NCBI RefSeq assembly: GCF_037042905.1
Contig: NC_087252.1
Coordinates: forward strand, 16,866,001 to 16,930,000
Length of the DNA: 64,000 nucleotides
Direction of reading: 5' to 3'
Origin: Lytechinus pictus
Taxonomy: Eukaryota
The notes beneath the pieces were generated by a model. That model made no database searches, was not told the origin of the DNA, and saw only the letters and a list, made by a program, of their open reading frames with translations. A program made the position numbers and the translations under genes. Position 1 is the first letter of the stretch; every line of letters begins with the position of its first letter. Below are positions 1-13,256 of the stretch, piece after piece.

Positions 1-1604
1 CGAAACATGATTACTAACGAAATATATCATATCATCTACAAATTTAGGTGATAAATTCTAAATGGCCGCCATATGCCGTTTTGTGAAATGTATCTGTCCT
101 CATTCAAATTGTACAGTAATGGCCAATGGCGGCCATTTTCCATGTCAGAATGCAGCATATATCACCTTAAATGCACCAGATATGACATACCTCGTTAGGA
201 ACCATGGTTTTAGACAATATTTCACTCTTACATCACAATTATATGCAATACTTAGAGTCAAGCAAAGCCAAATTCTGTCAAAATTTTATGTCCCAAATTA
301 CAATGTACATAATACTTTTAGGACCTATGGCAGCCATTTTGAATGTCAAAGTACATCATTTATTACCTCCATTACCAATGTGTGATGTATTTACTTAGAA
401 ATCATGTTTAAGACAATATTTTTACTCATGCATCACAGTTACTTGCATTTTATGATTTTCACTCTTGTAAAAAGTAGATTCCCTATACGCATGTAACATA
501 ATTTAGTTAGGGCTTGTATCAGCTATTTTGAATATCAAAATACAGTATTTATCACTTACATGGCAGAAGAAATGCTTTCTTTCATAAAAATCATGTTTTC
601 AAATAATGTTTTATCATACAACAGGACTTTATGGATTTCATAGTCAAGTAAATCCAAATTCTTACAAAATTACATGTCCCCATTTACATTGTAGATAATA
701 CTGTTAGGGCCTACAGGGGCCATTTTGAATTTCACAATTATACAGCATTTATCTCATGCATGACAAAAGAAATGATATGTTTCGCTAGAATACATGTTTT
801 CAGACATTATTTTACTCGGTGATCACAATTACATGCATTTCATAGTTCTTACTCTTGTGAAAATTAATTTCTCGTATCGCATTGTACATAATGTATAATG
901 GGCTTATGGCGGCCATTTTTAATGTAAACATACAGCATCTATCACATAAATTGCATTTTTATTTCGTTAAAAATTATGCTTTTAGCCAGTATTCCACACG
1001 CTTATCTTAATACTGGTAATATGCATTTTTAGTACTCACTCTTGTGATTTTCTTGTGTCCCCATGAACATTGTACATAATATGGTCAGGGCATTGTGGTG
1101 GCTTTTTTAATATTAAAATGCTTTATTTATCACATACATGTTATAACAAATTATACATTTCGTTAGCAATCATGTTTTCGATCAATTATTTCACTAAAAA
1201 TCACAATTACTTGCATTTAGTGCTCACTTTTGTGAAATTATGTTTTCCCCGTTCATATTTTACATAATATCGAATACATTGGTCTATGGCGGCCATTTTG
1301 AATATCTAGAAAATAATTTTTTTGTCAAAAGTCGTTTTTTTCAGAGAGTATGTCACTCCTGCTACACAAATGCGTACATTTTATAACCAATGTGCTGGTA
1401 ATTTTATGATTTTCATGGGTAATTTGCATATTTTGGCGGCCATATTGGATTTTGCCAATTTGCGGAAAGTGCTCAAAGTTACACGAGTGGCATCATTCAG
1501 ATTCGTAATCACCACCCTCGAATTGACAAGAAACTATCAACAAATATTGTATATAATGAAAAAAAAAGGTTTGGTCAGTTTTCTATGGGGCCTATCCAGG
1601 ACTA
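1..1604. mobile_element. Right part of a non-autonomous DNA transposon with ~190-200 bp degenerate subterminal tandem repeats, possibly Academ-like
   Basis: A (t)atggcggccattttgaat-like motif recurs at ~126, 326, 516, 712, 905, 1095 and 1285. The block ends ...ggggcctatccaggacta at 1604, which reads 5'-TAGTCC on the minus strand, a TAG terminus as recalled for Academ. The partner end is not in the window. Confidence 0.45.
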
Positions 1605-1611
1605 TAATCTG

Positions 1612-3990
1612 ATAATTTATTTTTAATCTACGTTTTTGTATTGCCTGAAGTGTCTAAAATCGTGATGTTCCCTTTGCCAAATCGTGTCCCACGGCGTTCA
1701 AAATTGACAATTTTAGCGGCCCTCTTGGGTGTTTGATGAAAATAAATTATTTTCATCTTTTTTGCTCACAGTCTGACAATGGGACAATTTTAAATGAATA
1801 CGCATTTTACTATAATTTCGATAGTACAAATCGGGTGAAATCGTTTTCTGGATAGTCCAGTTAATACATCTTGAAAAATATAAAAAAATTATTCAAAAGT
1901 TTTGGTCCGTAATCTTCATGTGCATTGACATCTGTTTTTATCTTGCATCGCCTTTGTTGATGTGCCTAACACGCAGAAATGCATGTCACGTGCGTAGCGA
2001 TAGAAAGGTATATGTTACCTGTATGAGGATAAAAGGCGTTTTCTACACAAAGCAACTTTTATAATAACGAAACCTCTCAAGAAGAGAGAGGATCGAGGCA
2101 TTGCTCTGCATTTTGCATGCAATTACGTTCGGGCACCTTAAAATATAGTCCCACAAGGGCATGTAGAAGGTACCCCACCCTTATCTGTAGCTTGATTATT
2201 AAGATATCGTCCTTTTTGGAGCCCCCAATGTGGCAAAATTGTGTTTTGTATATGTATTTTTCCCTTTAAATCACTTAGAGACAAAAGAGTTGGCCTTTTC
2301 TATCAGCTACATAATTATAAACAAGATAGGGCATAACAAAGCCTACCCCCTCAGGTTGCTGCCAAAGTCACCCTATCCCTTTTTGGTATTTTCTCGGAAA
2401 ACTCGCCATTTTGGAGAACCATTGAGGCAAAATATGCTTCCGCTTTACAGTAAAGCCACTTATTGTTTTGAAACTTCATGGATATTAAAAAGAAGGATCT
2501 TCTCTATCAGCTACATAATGTGCCGGCACATTGAAGCCTCGTCCTTCAGGGGCTGCCGAAGTCTCCCCACGTTTTTTGCCTATTTTCCCTGTTTATTGAA
2601 AAATTTGCAGTGTTTTAGCCCCCATTCAGGCAAAAGGGCATTTCTGCTAAATTGTATTAAAGGCCACTTTTATTTTTGGAAACCACTTGGATATGAGAGA
2701 ATAGGCTTTTTCCTATCAGCCACATGTAAAAAAGTGCTGGCACATCGACTTCTACCCGCTTCAGAGGCTCCAAAATTGGCAGATTTTCCCATATATTGGA
2801 AAAATACAGAAAAGGGGTGGGTGACTTTGGCAACCCCCTGAGGGGGGTATGCCTTAATATGCCAGCACTTCGTTATATGTAGCAGATAGAAGGAACTCTA
2901 CTCTTATGTCTCCATGTAGTTTCAAAATAGAAAAAGTGGCTTTACTACATAGCAGAAACATTTTTTCCTCAATGGGGGCTCCGAAATGTCATACTTTCCC
3001 ATAGATAGGTAAAATACATAAAAGGGTTGGGTAACTTCGGCAGTCCCCAGAGGAGTAGGTTTTGTTGTCTCAGCACTTCTTTATATGTAGCAGATAGAGC
3101 AAAGTCTACTCTTTTATCTTCAAGTGGTTAAAGAAAAAAAGTGACTTGACTGCAAAGCAGAAAAGCCTTTTCCCTCAATAAGGGTCCAAAATGGCGAATT
3201 TCCAAGAAATTGGCAAAATACGAAAAAGGGATGGGGGACTTCGGCGGCCCCGTAAAGGAGGGGGGGGGTGGGTGGTAGGCTTTGCTTTGCCCTCCCTTCT
3301 TTATAATGTAGCTGATATAGAAAGGCCCACTGTTTTGTCTCCAAGTGATTTCAATATATAGCCGAAACACCATCTTGCCACATTGGGGGCTCCAAAAAGC
3401 ACGATATTTTATAGTCAAGCTACTAAAAAGGAAAGGATACTTTCCACAGGCTCTTGCGGGTTTGACTAAGGCACAGAGGTTGCTCTTTGGTGTCATTTTT
3501 ACGCAATATCAAGTGATACATGGTATATTGCCCTTTAAGCAAACTAAGACATTCATACTGTCATGAAGCGTTTCAATGTTTTTTGTAATATATCCTCTTT
3601 TGTGTCGAATGCTGATATTTTGCAATAGTTGTTGATTTTAATGATTGAACAAATATATATCAATGTACATGCAAATTCTGGACCAAAAGCACGACTATTT
3701 CGGGATAAATTTTCATTCATTTCAAAATTTATTAACCAGACTGTCCAGAAAACGATTTCAACCTATTTGTACTATATAAATCATAGTGAAATGCCTATTC
3801 ATTTAAAATTGTCACACTCTGTGCAAAAAAATATAAAAACAATTGATTTTCATTTAAAAAAATCCAAGAGGGCCGCCAAAGATATAAAATTTTGAACCCC
3901 GTTGGACACGATTATGCAAAGGGGACATCAATATTTATTAACCGGACACTTCAGGCAATACGAAAACGTCGGTTAAAAATATAATATTAT
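1612..3990. mobile_element. Foldback-type non-autonomous DNA element (~2.4 kb, largely palindromic)
   Basis: 1612-1930 aligns as a diverged reverse complement to 3660-3990 (e.g. gtattgcctgaagtgtc / gacacttcaggcaatac; gcggccctcttgg / ccaagagggccgc). 2165-2260 pairs with 3350-3450 (tttggagcccccaatgtggcaa / ttgccacattgggggctccaaa). Three ~205 bp subrepeats (tatcagctacata-like at ~2300, 2505, 2714) are mirrored at ~2876, 3084 and 3305. Confidence 0.75.
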
Positions 3991-4429
3991 GATGATGCAC
4001 AGGAACCCCATATCCGACTCGACTACAAAAATGCAGTCATACATGGCATAGGTTCGTTGTTCAAAACTTGGCTAAAAACGTAGCCTATAAACTGCCAAGT
4101 GGGCAATCAATCTTTGCTTAAATCATTTATATATCAGCAGAGACATAATGAAGATGAAAATATGTTGTTTGGAATATTTAATCTCATGCAAAATGCAGGA
4201 AACATCAATAAAGTAGGCATATGGTTCCCACACATCAGCTACATGGGTGAAAATAGGCCAAAACGCACGATTTCTATGTACGCACCAAAGGGGGTTAAAA
4301 ACACAGTCTATAATGTCATTTCCAATTACTGACATATATTCCCAAAAGTAGAGATACAGAGGAAGAGAAAGATATATGCTTGACAGGATAAATATAAAAA
4401 AAAAACACACTAAAAAAGAAAATAAATTT

Positions 4430-5115
4430 CTGAATCGATTTTCGACAATTTTTGAAGCAAGAAATTTCCCAAACTAATGATATGCGAATTTCATGACGTA
4501 ATTTGCATATGTAAACAATAATGTCTGTTCCTGAAATTTCGTATATCTCTTTTGCACTACTAGGACAATACATTTTGAAAGTTTCATTAAAAAACAAGCA
4601 TGGTTTGGCTGAGATATTCTCCCTTGACTTCATGCTATGTGTAGAATGCACTGTTAGACAATTTATCCTTAAAATAGAAGAAGTTTCTGCAGCAAAGTCT
4701 CGAGAACACCTGTAATCTTACCAGATCGTGTAATCTTACATTATATCATGTAAAATTACAGGAAATTGGTATTTAGTGTATGGAAGCTTACAAATTTCCT
4801 TAAATAAAACACCATTTTCCCCTTTTTAAACAGACCTGTTCTGTAAAATTGTAGACAAATTCCTGTTTTATGAATTTACAGAATGATTCTGTTATATTGC
4901 TTTCTGCAAAATCCTGATTTTTTCTGTAAAATCAGGTTTTTTTTAACGGTGTGTCTAAAAATTGTGAAATAGGGCCAGTTTGTAGTGACGTCATATAACG
5001 TCATTTCGACGGAAGGACCACTGAAAAACCTGGCAGCAATGCATTTTTGTAAACTTCAGTGTCCATGCCATAAGTCCGGCTTTCGGTTGAATAAATCTCC
5101 TGGGCTGCCGGACTA
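4430..5115. mobile_element. Right end of a second DNA transposon ending in GGACTA, interrupted by a MITE and abutting the satellite
   Basis: It ends ...ctgggctgccggacta at 5115, similar to the terminus at 1604. Satellite sequence starts immediately afterwards in mid-monomer. The left boundary is uncertain. Confidence 0.35.
4649..4951. mobile_element. MITE with CAC...GTG termini and 2-bp TSD (CMC/EnSpm-type)
   Basis: Termini are cactgtta (4649) and taacggtg (4951), flanked by tg on both sides (4647-4648, 4952-4953). Internal tgtaa/ttaca motifs are repeated. Confidence 0.65.
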
Positions 5116-5552
5116 TTACCCTGGTCAACGGATCCTGTCTTTCCCGCACTCTTTATTATGCACTTTCTCCATTCCTCGGGGAGCATTTGAACAAACATTT
5201 TAAAACAAATATCTAGGCATAGTACAGTATATTTTGCATCATACCTGGTACACGTTTGACCCTTTAGTGGAGAGTGGCAAATTGTGGAACGACGCCTTCA
5301 ACCTTGAATAATTTTCTTTTGATTTGAGATTTAGTTTCGTTTTAAGTCTAAACATGTTATTTCTTTTGTATTCATGGTATGTAAGAACAAATTTGGTATT
5401 TTGCTTGAGATCCGTGTTATAAAAAGGTGAAAAAATAAAACAAATTGAAAGTGAAATGAACCATATCCATTGTCATCGTGTTAACATCATTTGCAATTTT
5501 TTTTTCAATACTTGACACTGGAATGTTCACAGCTTTTATTTATAATAATGAA

Positions 5553-5722
5553 TACTAGTACTACTACTTATACAACAACTACTACTACTACTTCTACTAC
5601 TTCTACCTCTACTACTACTACTACTACTACTACTATTACTATACTACCACTAATACTACTTTTACTACTACTACTACCACTACTACTACTATTACTATTT
5701 GTACTAGTACTAGTACTTCAAC
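5553..5722. repeat. Complex (CTA/TAC)n microsatellite present in every full satellite monomer (first instance)
   Basis: An imperfect actactact tract of ~170-380 bp, bounded by atgaatactagt and cttaaattcttccagagg. It accounts for much of the monomer length variation and for the poly-T/L/Y ORFs. Confidence 0.95.
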
Positions 5723-6044
5723 TCTTAAATTCTTCCAGAGGGCAAATTCTACATGGGGTAACGCCCTTGACCCTATAAAAAAAACTACAGACATCATTAA
5801 TACAGTTCTATTTTTTTTTAATTATAAGTCGTTTTTAGCGCATCAAATGTCAGTTTCAAAATATTATATTTTCACGTTTTTGATACCCCATGTAAATACT
5901 GCGTTTTAAAATGTCTGATGGTCATTTTTTAAGACTACAACCCATGTATGTTATTTGTTGCAAGTTTAGAAGAAAAAAAATGTTTGTATTGAATATGTTA
6001 ATCAGAATATTTACGAACGACGTTTTATGGTAACATTCGGTTTT

Positions 6045-6275
6045 TACAATACAATTCAGTTTTATGTAGCCCTTTTACAGATATATTGTTACCCCGGTCA
6101 ACGGATCCTGTCTTTCCCGCGCACTTTACTATGCACTTTCTCCATTCCCTGTGGAGCATTTCAACAAACATTTTAAGATAAACAGCTAGGCATACTACAG
6201 TATCTTTTGCATCATACCTGGTACACATTTAACACTGTAGTGGAGAGTGGCAAATTGTGGAACGACGCCTTCAAC
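6045..6275 (-). mobile_element. 5'-truncated SINE remnant (Deu/Nin-domain-like) present in every monomer (representative copy)
   Basis: The minus strand reads ccacaatttgccactctccac...aaatgtgtaccaggtatgatgc...atgctccacagggaatggagaaagtgcat...gacaggatccgttgaccggggtaacaatatatctgtaaaagggctacataaaa. From recall this resembles the deuterostome SINE central domain plus an L2-type 3' tail. No tRNA-derived head is visible. Confidence 0.6.
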
Positions 6276-7534
6276 CTTGAATAATTTTCTTTTGATTTGA
6301 GATTTAGTTTCGTTTTAAGTCTAAACATGTTCTTTCTTTTGTATTCATGGTATGTAAGAACCAATACGGTATTTTGCTTGAGATCCGTGTTATAAAAAGG
6401 ACAAAAAATAAAATAAATTGAAAGCGAAATGAACCATATCCATTGTCATCGTGTTAACATCATTTGCATTTTTTTTTCAATACTTGACACTGGAATGTTC
6501 ACAGCTTTTATTTATAATAATGAATACTAGTACTACTACTTATACAACAACTACTACTACTACTTCTACTACTTCTACCTCTACTACTACTACTACTACT
6601 ACTAATATTACTATACTACCACTAATACTAATTTTACTACTACTAATACCACTACTACTACTATTACTATTTGTACTAGTACTAGTACTTCAACTCTTAA
6701 ATTCTTCCAGAGGGCAAATTCTACATGGGGTAACGCCCTTGACCCTATAAAAAAAAAAACTACAGACTTCATTAATACAGTTCTATTTTTTTTTAATTAT
6801 AAGTCGTTTTTAGCGCATCAAATGTCAGTTTCAAAATATTTTATTTTCACGTTTTTGATACCCCATGTAAATACTGCGTTTTAAAATGTCTGATGGTCAT
6901 TTTTTAAGACTACAACCCATGTATGTTATTTGTTGCAAGTTTAGAAAAAAAAATGTTTGTATTGAATATGTTAAGCAGAATATTTACGAACGACGTTTTA
7001 TGGTAACATACGGTTTTTACAATACAATTCTGTTTTATGTAGCCCTTTTACAGATATATTGTTATCCTGGTCAACGGATCCTGTCTTTCCGGCGCACTTT
7101 ATTATGCATTTTCTTCATTCCCTGGGGAGCATTTCAACAAACATTTTAAGATAAATAGCTAGGCATACTACAGTATCTTTTGCATCATACCTGGTACACG
7201 TTTGACACTTTAGTGGAGAGTGGCAAATTCTGGAACGACGCCTTTAACCTTGAATAATTTTCTTTTGATTTGAGATTTAGTTTCGTTTTAAATCTAAACA
7301 TGTTCTTTCTTTTGTATTCATGGTATGTAAGAACCAATTTGGTATTTTGCTTTAGATCCGTGTTTTAAAAAGGAGAAAAAAAATAAATTAAAAAGTATAA
7401 TTAATCATATCCACTGCGTTAACATCATTTGCCTTTTTTCTTTCAGTATCTGACACTGGAATGTTCACATTTTGTTATTAATGAATACTTGTACTACTAC
7501 TTCTACAACTACTACTTTTATTAAACCGCTACTA

Positions 7535-7700
7535 CTCTGTAAAAAAATGAAGTGCTAATTCAGCACTTACAGTGCTTGTAGTTGACTGCATTACGAGTGC
7601 TTATTTTTTGGTTTAAATTTGAATTGTAAAACAGGCACTCGTAGTGCAGTCACTATACAAGCACTGTAAGTGCTAAATTAGCACTTCATTTTTTACAGTG
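7535..7700. mobile_element. Hairpin MITE inside the satellite, full-length variant; further copies at 9712-9878, 11835-12001, 12997-13163, 46275-46442
   Basis: Inverted arms of ~65 bp (ctctgtaaaaaaatgaagtgctaattcagcacttacagtgcttgta... / ...tacaagcactgtaagtgctaaattagcacttcattttttacagtg) with a TA duplication at 7533-7534 and 7701-7702. It is absent from the alternate monomers. Confidence 0.9.
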
Positions 7701-10700
7701 TACCACTACTGCTTCTACTACTACTACTACTACTGCTACTTCTACTACTACTACTACTATTACTACTACTACTACTACTACTACTACCACGACTACTACT
7801 ATACCATTATCACTTCTACTACTAGTACTACTACTACTACTACTACCTCTACTTCTTATGCTAGTACTACTACTACTACTATTTTTACTACAACTAGTAC
7901 TACTACTCTTAGTTTCTTTCAGAGGGCAAATTCTACATGGGGTAACGCCCTTGACCCCATAAAAAAACTACAGACTTCATCAATACAGTTATATTTGTTT
8001 TTACTCATAAGTCGCTTTTAACGCATCATATGTCAGTTTCAAAATATTTTATTTTCACGTTTTTGATACCCCATATAAATACTGCGTTTTGAAAATGTCT
8101 GGTGGTCATTTTCAGACTACAACCCATGTATGTTATTTGTTGCAAGTTTAGAAGAAAAAAATGTTTGTATTGAATATGTTAAGCAGAATATTTACGAACG
8201 ACGTTTTATGGTAACATTCGGGTTTTACAATACAATTCAGTTTTATGTAGCCCTTTTACAGATATATTGTTACCCCGGTCAACGGATCCTGTCTTTCCCG
8301 CGCACTTTACTATGCACTTTCTCCATTCCCTGTGGAGCATTTCAACAAACATTTTAAGATAAACAGCTAGGCATACTACAGTATCTTTTGCATCATACCT
8401 GGTACACATTTAACACTTTAGTGGAGAGTGGCAAATTGTGGAACGACGCCTTCAACCTTGAATAATTTTCTTTTGATTTGAGATTTAGTTTCGTTTTAAG
8501 TCTAAACATGTTCTTTCTTTTGTATTCATGGTATGTAAGAACCAATTTGGTATTTTGCTTGAGATCCGTGTTATAAAAAGGACAAAAAATAAAATAAATT
8601 GAAAGTGAAATGAACCATATCCACTGTCATCGTGTTAACATCATTTGCATTTTTTTTTCAATACTTGACACTGGAATGTTCACAGCTTTTATTTATAATA
8701 ATGAATACTAGTACTACTACTTATACAACAACAACTACTACTACTTCTACTACTTCTACCTCTACTACTACTACTACTAATATTACTATACTACCACTAA
8801 TACTACTTTTACTACTACTAATACCACTACTACTACTATTACTATTTGTACTAGTACTAGTACTTCAACTCTTAAATTCTTCCAGAGGGCAAATTCTACA
8901 TGGGGTAACGCCCTTGACCCTATAAAAAAAAACTACAGACATCATTAATACAGTTCTATTTTTTTTTATTATAAGTCGTTTTTAGCGCATCATATGTCAG
9001 TTTCAAAATATTATATTTTCACGTTTTTGATACCCCATGTAAATACTGCGTTTTAAAATGTCTGATGGTCATTTTTTAAGACTACAACCCATGTATGTTA
9101 TTTGTTGGAAGTTTAAAAAAAAAATGTTTGTATTATATATGTTAAGCAGAATATTTACGAACGACGTTTTATGGTAACATACGGTTTTTACAATACAATT
9201 CTGTTTTATGTAGCCCTTTTACAGATATATTGTTATCCTGGTCAACGGATCCTGTCTTTCCGGCGCACTTTATTATGCATTTTCTTCATTCCCTGGGGAG
9301 CATTTCAACAAACATTTTAAGATAAATAGCTAGGCATACATGTACTACAGTATCTTTTGCATCATACCTGATACACGTTTGACACTTTAGTGGAGAGTGG
9401 CAAATTCTGGAACGACGCCTTTAACCTTGAATAATTTTCTTTTGATTTGAGATTTAGTTTCGTTTTAAATCTAAACGTGTTCTTTCTTTTGTATTCATGG
9501 TATGTAAGAACCAATTTGGTATTTTGCTTTAGATCCGTGTTTTAAAAAGGAGGAAAAAAATAGATTAAAAAGTATAATCAATCATATCCACTGCGTTAAC
9601 ATCATTTGCGTTTTTTCTTTCAATATCTGACACTGGAATGTTCACATTTTGTTATTAATGAATACTTGTACTACTACTTCTACAACTACTACTTTTATTA
9701 AACCGCTACTACTCTGTAAAAAAATGAAGTGCTAATTCAGCACTTACAGTGCTTGGAGTTGACTGCATTACGAGTGCTTATTTTTTTGGTTTAAATTTGA
9801 ATTGTAAAACAGGCACTCGTAGTGCAGTCACTATACAAGCACTGTAAGTGCTAAATTAGCACTTCATTTTTTACAGTGTACCACTACTGCTTCTACTACT
9901 TCTACTACTACTGCTACTACTATACCATTATCACTTCTACTACTAGTACTACTACTACTACTACTACCTCTACTTCTTATACTAGTACTAGTACTACTAC
10001 TACTACTATTTTTACTACAACTAGTACTACTACTCTTAGTTTCTTTCAGAGGGCAAATTCTACATGGGGTAACGCCCTTGACCCCATAAAAAAACTACAG
10101 ACTTCATTAATACAGTTCTATTTGTTTTTACTCATAAGTCGCTTTTAACGCATCATATGTCAGTTTCAAAATATTTTATTTTCACGTTTTTGATACCCCA
10201 TATAAATACTGCGTTTTGAAAATGTCTGATGGTCACTTTCAGACTACAACCCATGTATGTTATTTGTTGCAAGTTTAGAAGAAAAAAAATGTTTGTATTG
10301 AATATGTTAATCAGAATATTTACGAACGACGTTTTATGGTAACATTCGGTTTTTACAATACAATTCAGTTTTATGTAGCCCTTTTACAGATATATTGTTA
10401 CCCCGGTCAACGGATCCTGTCTTTCCCGCGCACTTTACTATGCACTTTCTCCATTCCCTGTGGAGCATTTCAACAAACATTTTAAGATAAACAGCTAGGC
10501 ATACTACAGTATCTTTTGCATCATACCTGGTACACATTTAACACTTTAGTGGAGAGTGGCAAATTGTGGAACGACGCCTTCAACCTTGAATAATTTTCTT
10601 TTGATTTGAGATTTAGTTTCGTTATAAGTCTAAACATGTTCTTTCTTTTGTATTCATGGTATGTAAGAACCAATTTGGTATTTTGCTTGAGATCCGTGTT

Positions 10701-13223
10701 ATAAAAAGGACAAACAATAAAATAAATTGAAAGTGAAATGAACCATATCCACTGTCATCGTGTTAACATCATTTGCATTTTTTTTTCAATACTTGACACT
10801 GGAATGTTCACAGCTTTTATTTATAATAATGAATACTAGTACTACTACTTATACAACAACAACTACTACTACTTCTACTACTTCTACCTCTACTACTACT
10901 ACTACTAATATTACTATACTACCACTAATACTACTTTTACTACTACTAATACCACTACTACTACTATTACTATTTGTACTAGTACTAGTACTTCAACTCT
11001 TAAATTCTTCCAGAGGGCAAATTCTACATGGGGTAACGCCCTTGACCCTATAAAAAAAACTACAGACATCATTAATACAGTTCTATTTTTTTTTTATAAT
11101 AAGTCGTTTTTAGCGCATCAAATGTCAGTTTCAAAATATTATATTTTCACGTTTTTGATACCCCATGTAAATACTGCGTTTTAAAATGTCTGATGGTCAT
11201 TTTTTTAGACTACAACCCATGTATGTTATTTGTTGGAAGTTTAGAAAAAAAAATGTTTGTATTATATATGTTAAGCAGAATATTTACGAACGACGTTTTA
11301 TGGTAACATACGGTTTTTACAATACAATTCTGTTTCATGTAGCCCTTTTACAGATATATTGTTATCCTGGTCAACGGATCCTGTCTTTCCGGCGCACTTT
11401 ATTATGCATTTTCTTCATTCCCTGGGGAGCATTTCAACAAACATTTTAAGATAAATAGCTAGGCATACTACAGTATCTTTTGCATCATACCTGATACACG
11501 TTTGACACTTTAGTGGAGAGTGGCAAATTCTGGAACGACGCCTTTAACCTTGAATAATTTTCTTTTGATTTGAGATTTAGTTTCGTTTTAAATCTAAACG
11601 TGTTCTTTCTTTTGTATTCATGGTATGTAAGAACCAATTTGGTATTTTGCTTTAGATCCGTGTTTTAAAAAGGAGAAAAAAAATAGATTAAAAAGTATAA
11701 TCAATCATATCCACTGCGTTAACATCATTTGCGTTTTTTCTTTCAATATCTGACACTGGAATGTTCACATTTTGTTATTAATGAATACTTGTACTACTAC
11801 TTCTACAACTACTACTTTTATTAAACCGCTACTACTCTGTAAAAAAATGAAGTGCTAATTCAGCACTTACAGTGCTTGGAGTTGACTGCATTACGAGTGC
11901 TTATTTTTTTGGTTTAAATTTGAATTGTAAAACAGGCACTCGTAGTGCAGTCACTATACAAGCACTGTAAGTGCTAAATTAGCACTTCATTTTTTACAGT
12001 GTACCACTACTGCTTCTACTACTTCTACTACTACTGCTACTACTATACCATTATCACTTCTACTACTAGTACTACTACTACTACTACTACCTCTACTTCT
12101 TATACTAGTACTAGTACTACTACTACTACTATTTTTACTACAACTAGTACTACTACTCTTAGTTTCTTTCAGAGGGCAAATTCTACATGGGGTAACGCCC
12201 TTGACCCCATAAAAAAACTACAGACTTCATTAATACAGTTCTATTTGTTTTTACTCATAAGTCGCTTTTAACGCATCATATGTCAGTTTCAAAATATTTT
12301 ATTTTCACGTTTTTGATACCCCATATAAATACTGCGTTTTGAAAATGTCTGATGGTCATTTTTTAAGACTACAACCCATGTATGTTATTTGTTGGAAGTT
12401 TAGAAAAAAAAATGTTTGTATTATATATGTTAAGCAGAATATTTACGAACGACGTTTTATGGTAACATACGGTTTTTACAATACAATTCTGTTTTATGTA
12501 GCCCTTTTACAGATATATTGTTATCCTGGTCAACGGATCCTGTCTTTCCGGCGCACTTTATTATGCATTTTCTTCATTCCCTGGGGAGCATTTCAACAAA
12601 CATTTTAAGATAAATAGCTAGGCATACTACAGTATCTTTTGCATCATACCTGATACACGTTTGACACTTTAGTGGAGAGTGGCAAATTCTGGAACGACGC
12701 CTTTAACCTTGAATAATTTTCTTTTGATTTGAGATTTAGTTTCGTTTTAAATCTAAACGTGTTCTTTCTTTTGTATTCATGGTATGTAAGAACCAATTTG
12801 GTATTTTGCTTTAGATCCGTGTTTTAAAAAGGAGAACAAAAATAGATTAAAAAGTATAATCAATCATATCCACTGCGTTAACATCATTTGCGTTTTTTCT
12901 TTCAATATCTGACACTGGAATGTTCACATTTTGTTATTAATGAATACTTGTACTACTACTACTTCTACAACTACTACTTTTATTAAACCGCTACTACTCT
13001 GTAAAAAAATGAAGTGCTAATTCAGCACTTACAGTGCTTGTAGTTGACTGCATTACGAGTGCTTATTTTTTTGGTTTAAATTTGAATTGTAAAACAGGCA
13101 CTCGTAGTGCAGTCACTATACAAGCACTGTAAGTGCTAAATTAGCACTTCATTTTTTACAGTGTACCACTACTGCTTCTACTACTACTACTACTACTGCT
13201 ACTTCTACTACTACTACTACTAT

Positions 13224-13256
<33 letters not shown>

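Noticed and set aside
2230..2841. 203 aa ORF
   Set aside because: It lies within the tandem modules of the foldback arm, has a non-ATG start and shows no domain-like features.
4099..4332. Possible isolated host exon (RHNEDENMLFGIFNLMQNAGNINK between cag and gtaggc)
   Set aside because: The acceptor is weak, there are no neighbouring exons and no recognisable homology, so it cannot be supported.
5001..5198. Minus-strand ORFs crossing the array junctions (5001-5198, 48291-48512) and the recurrent 63-67 aa ORFs as an amplified exon
   Set aside because: They overlap the SINE-like remnant and transposon ends, are broken in many copies, and contain no recognisable domain or consistent splice sites.
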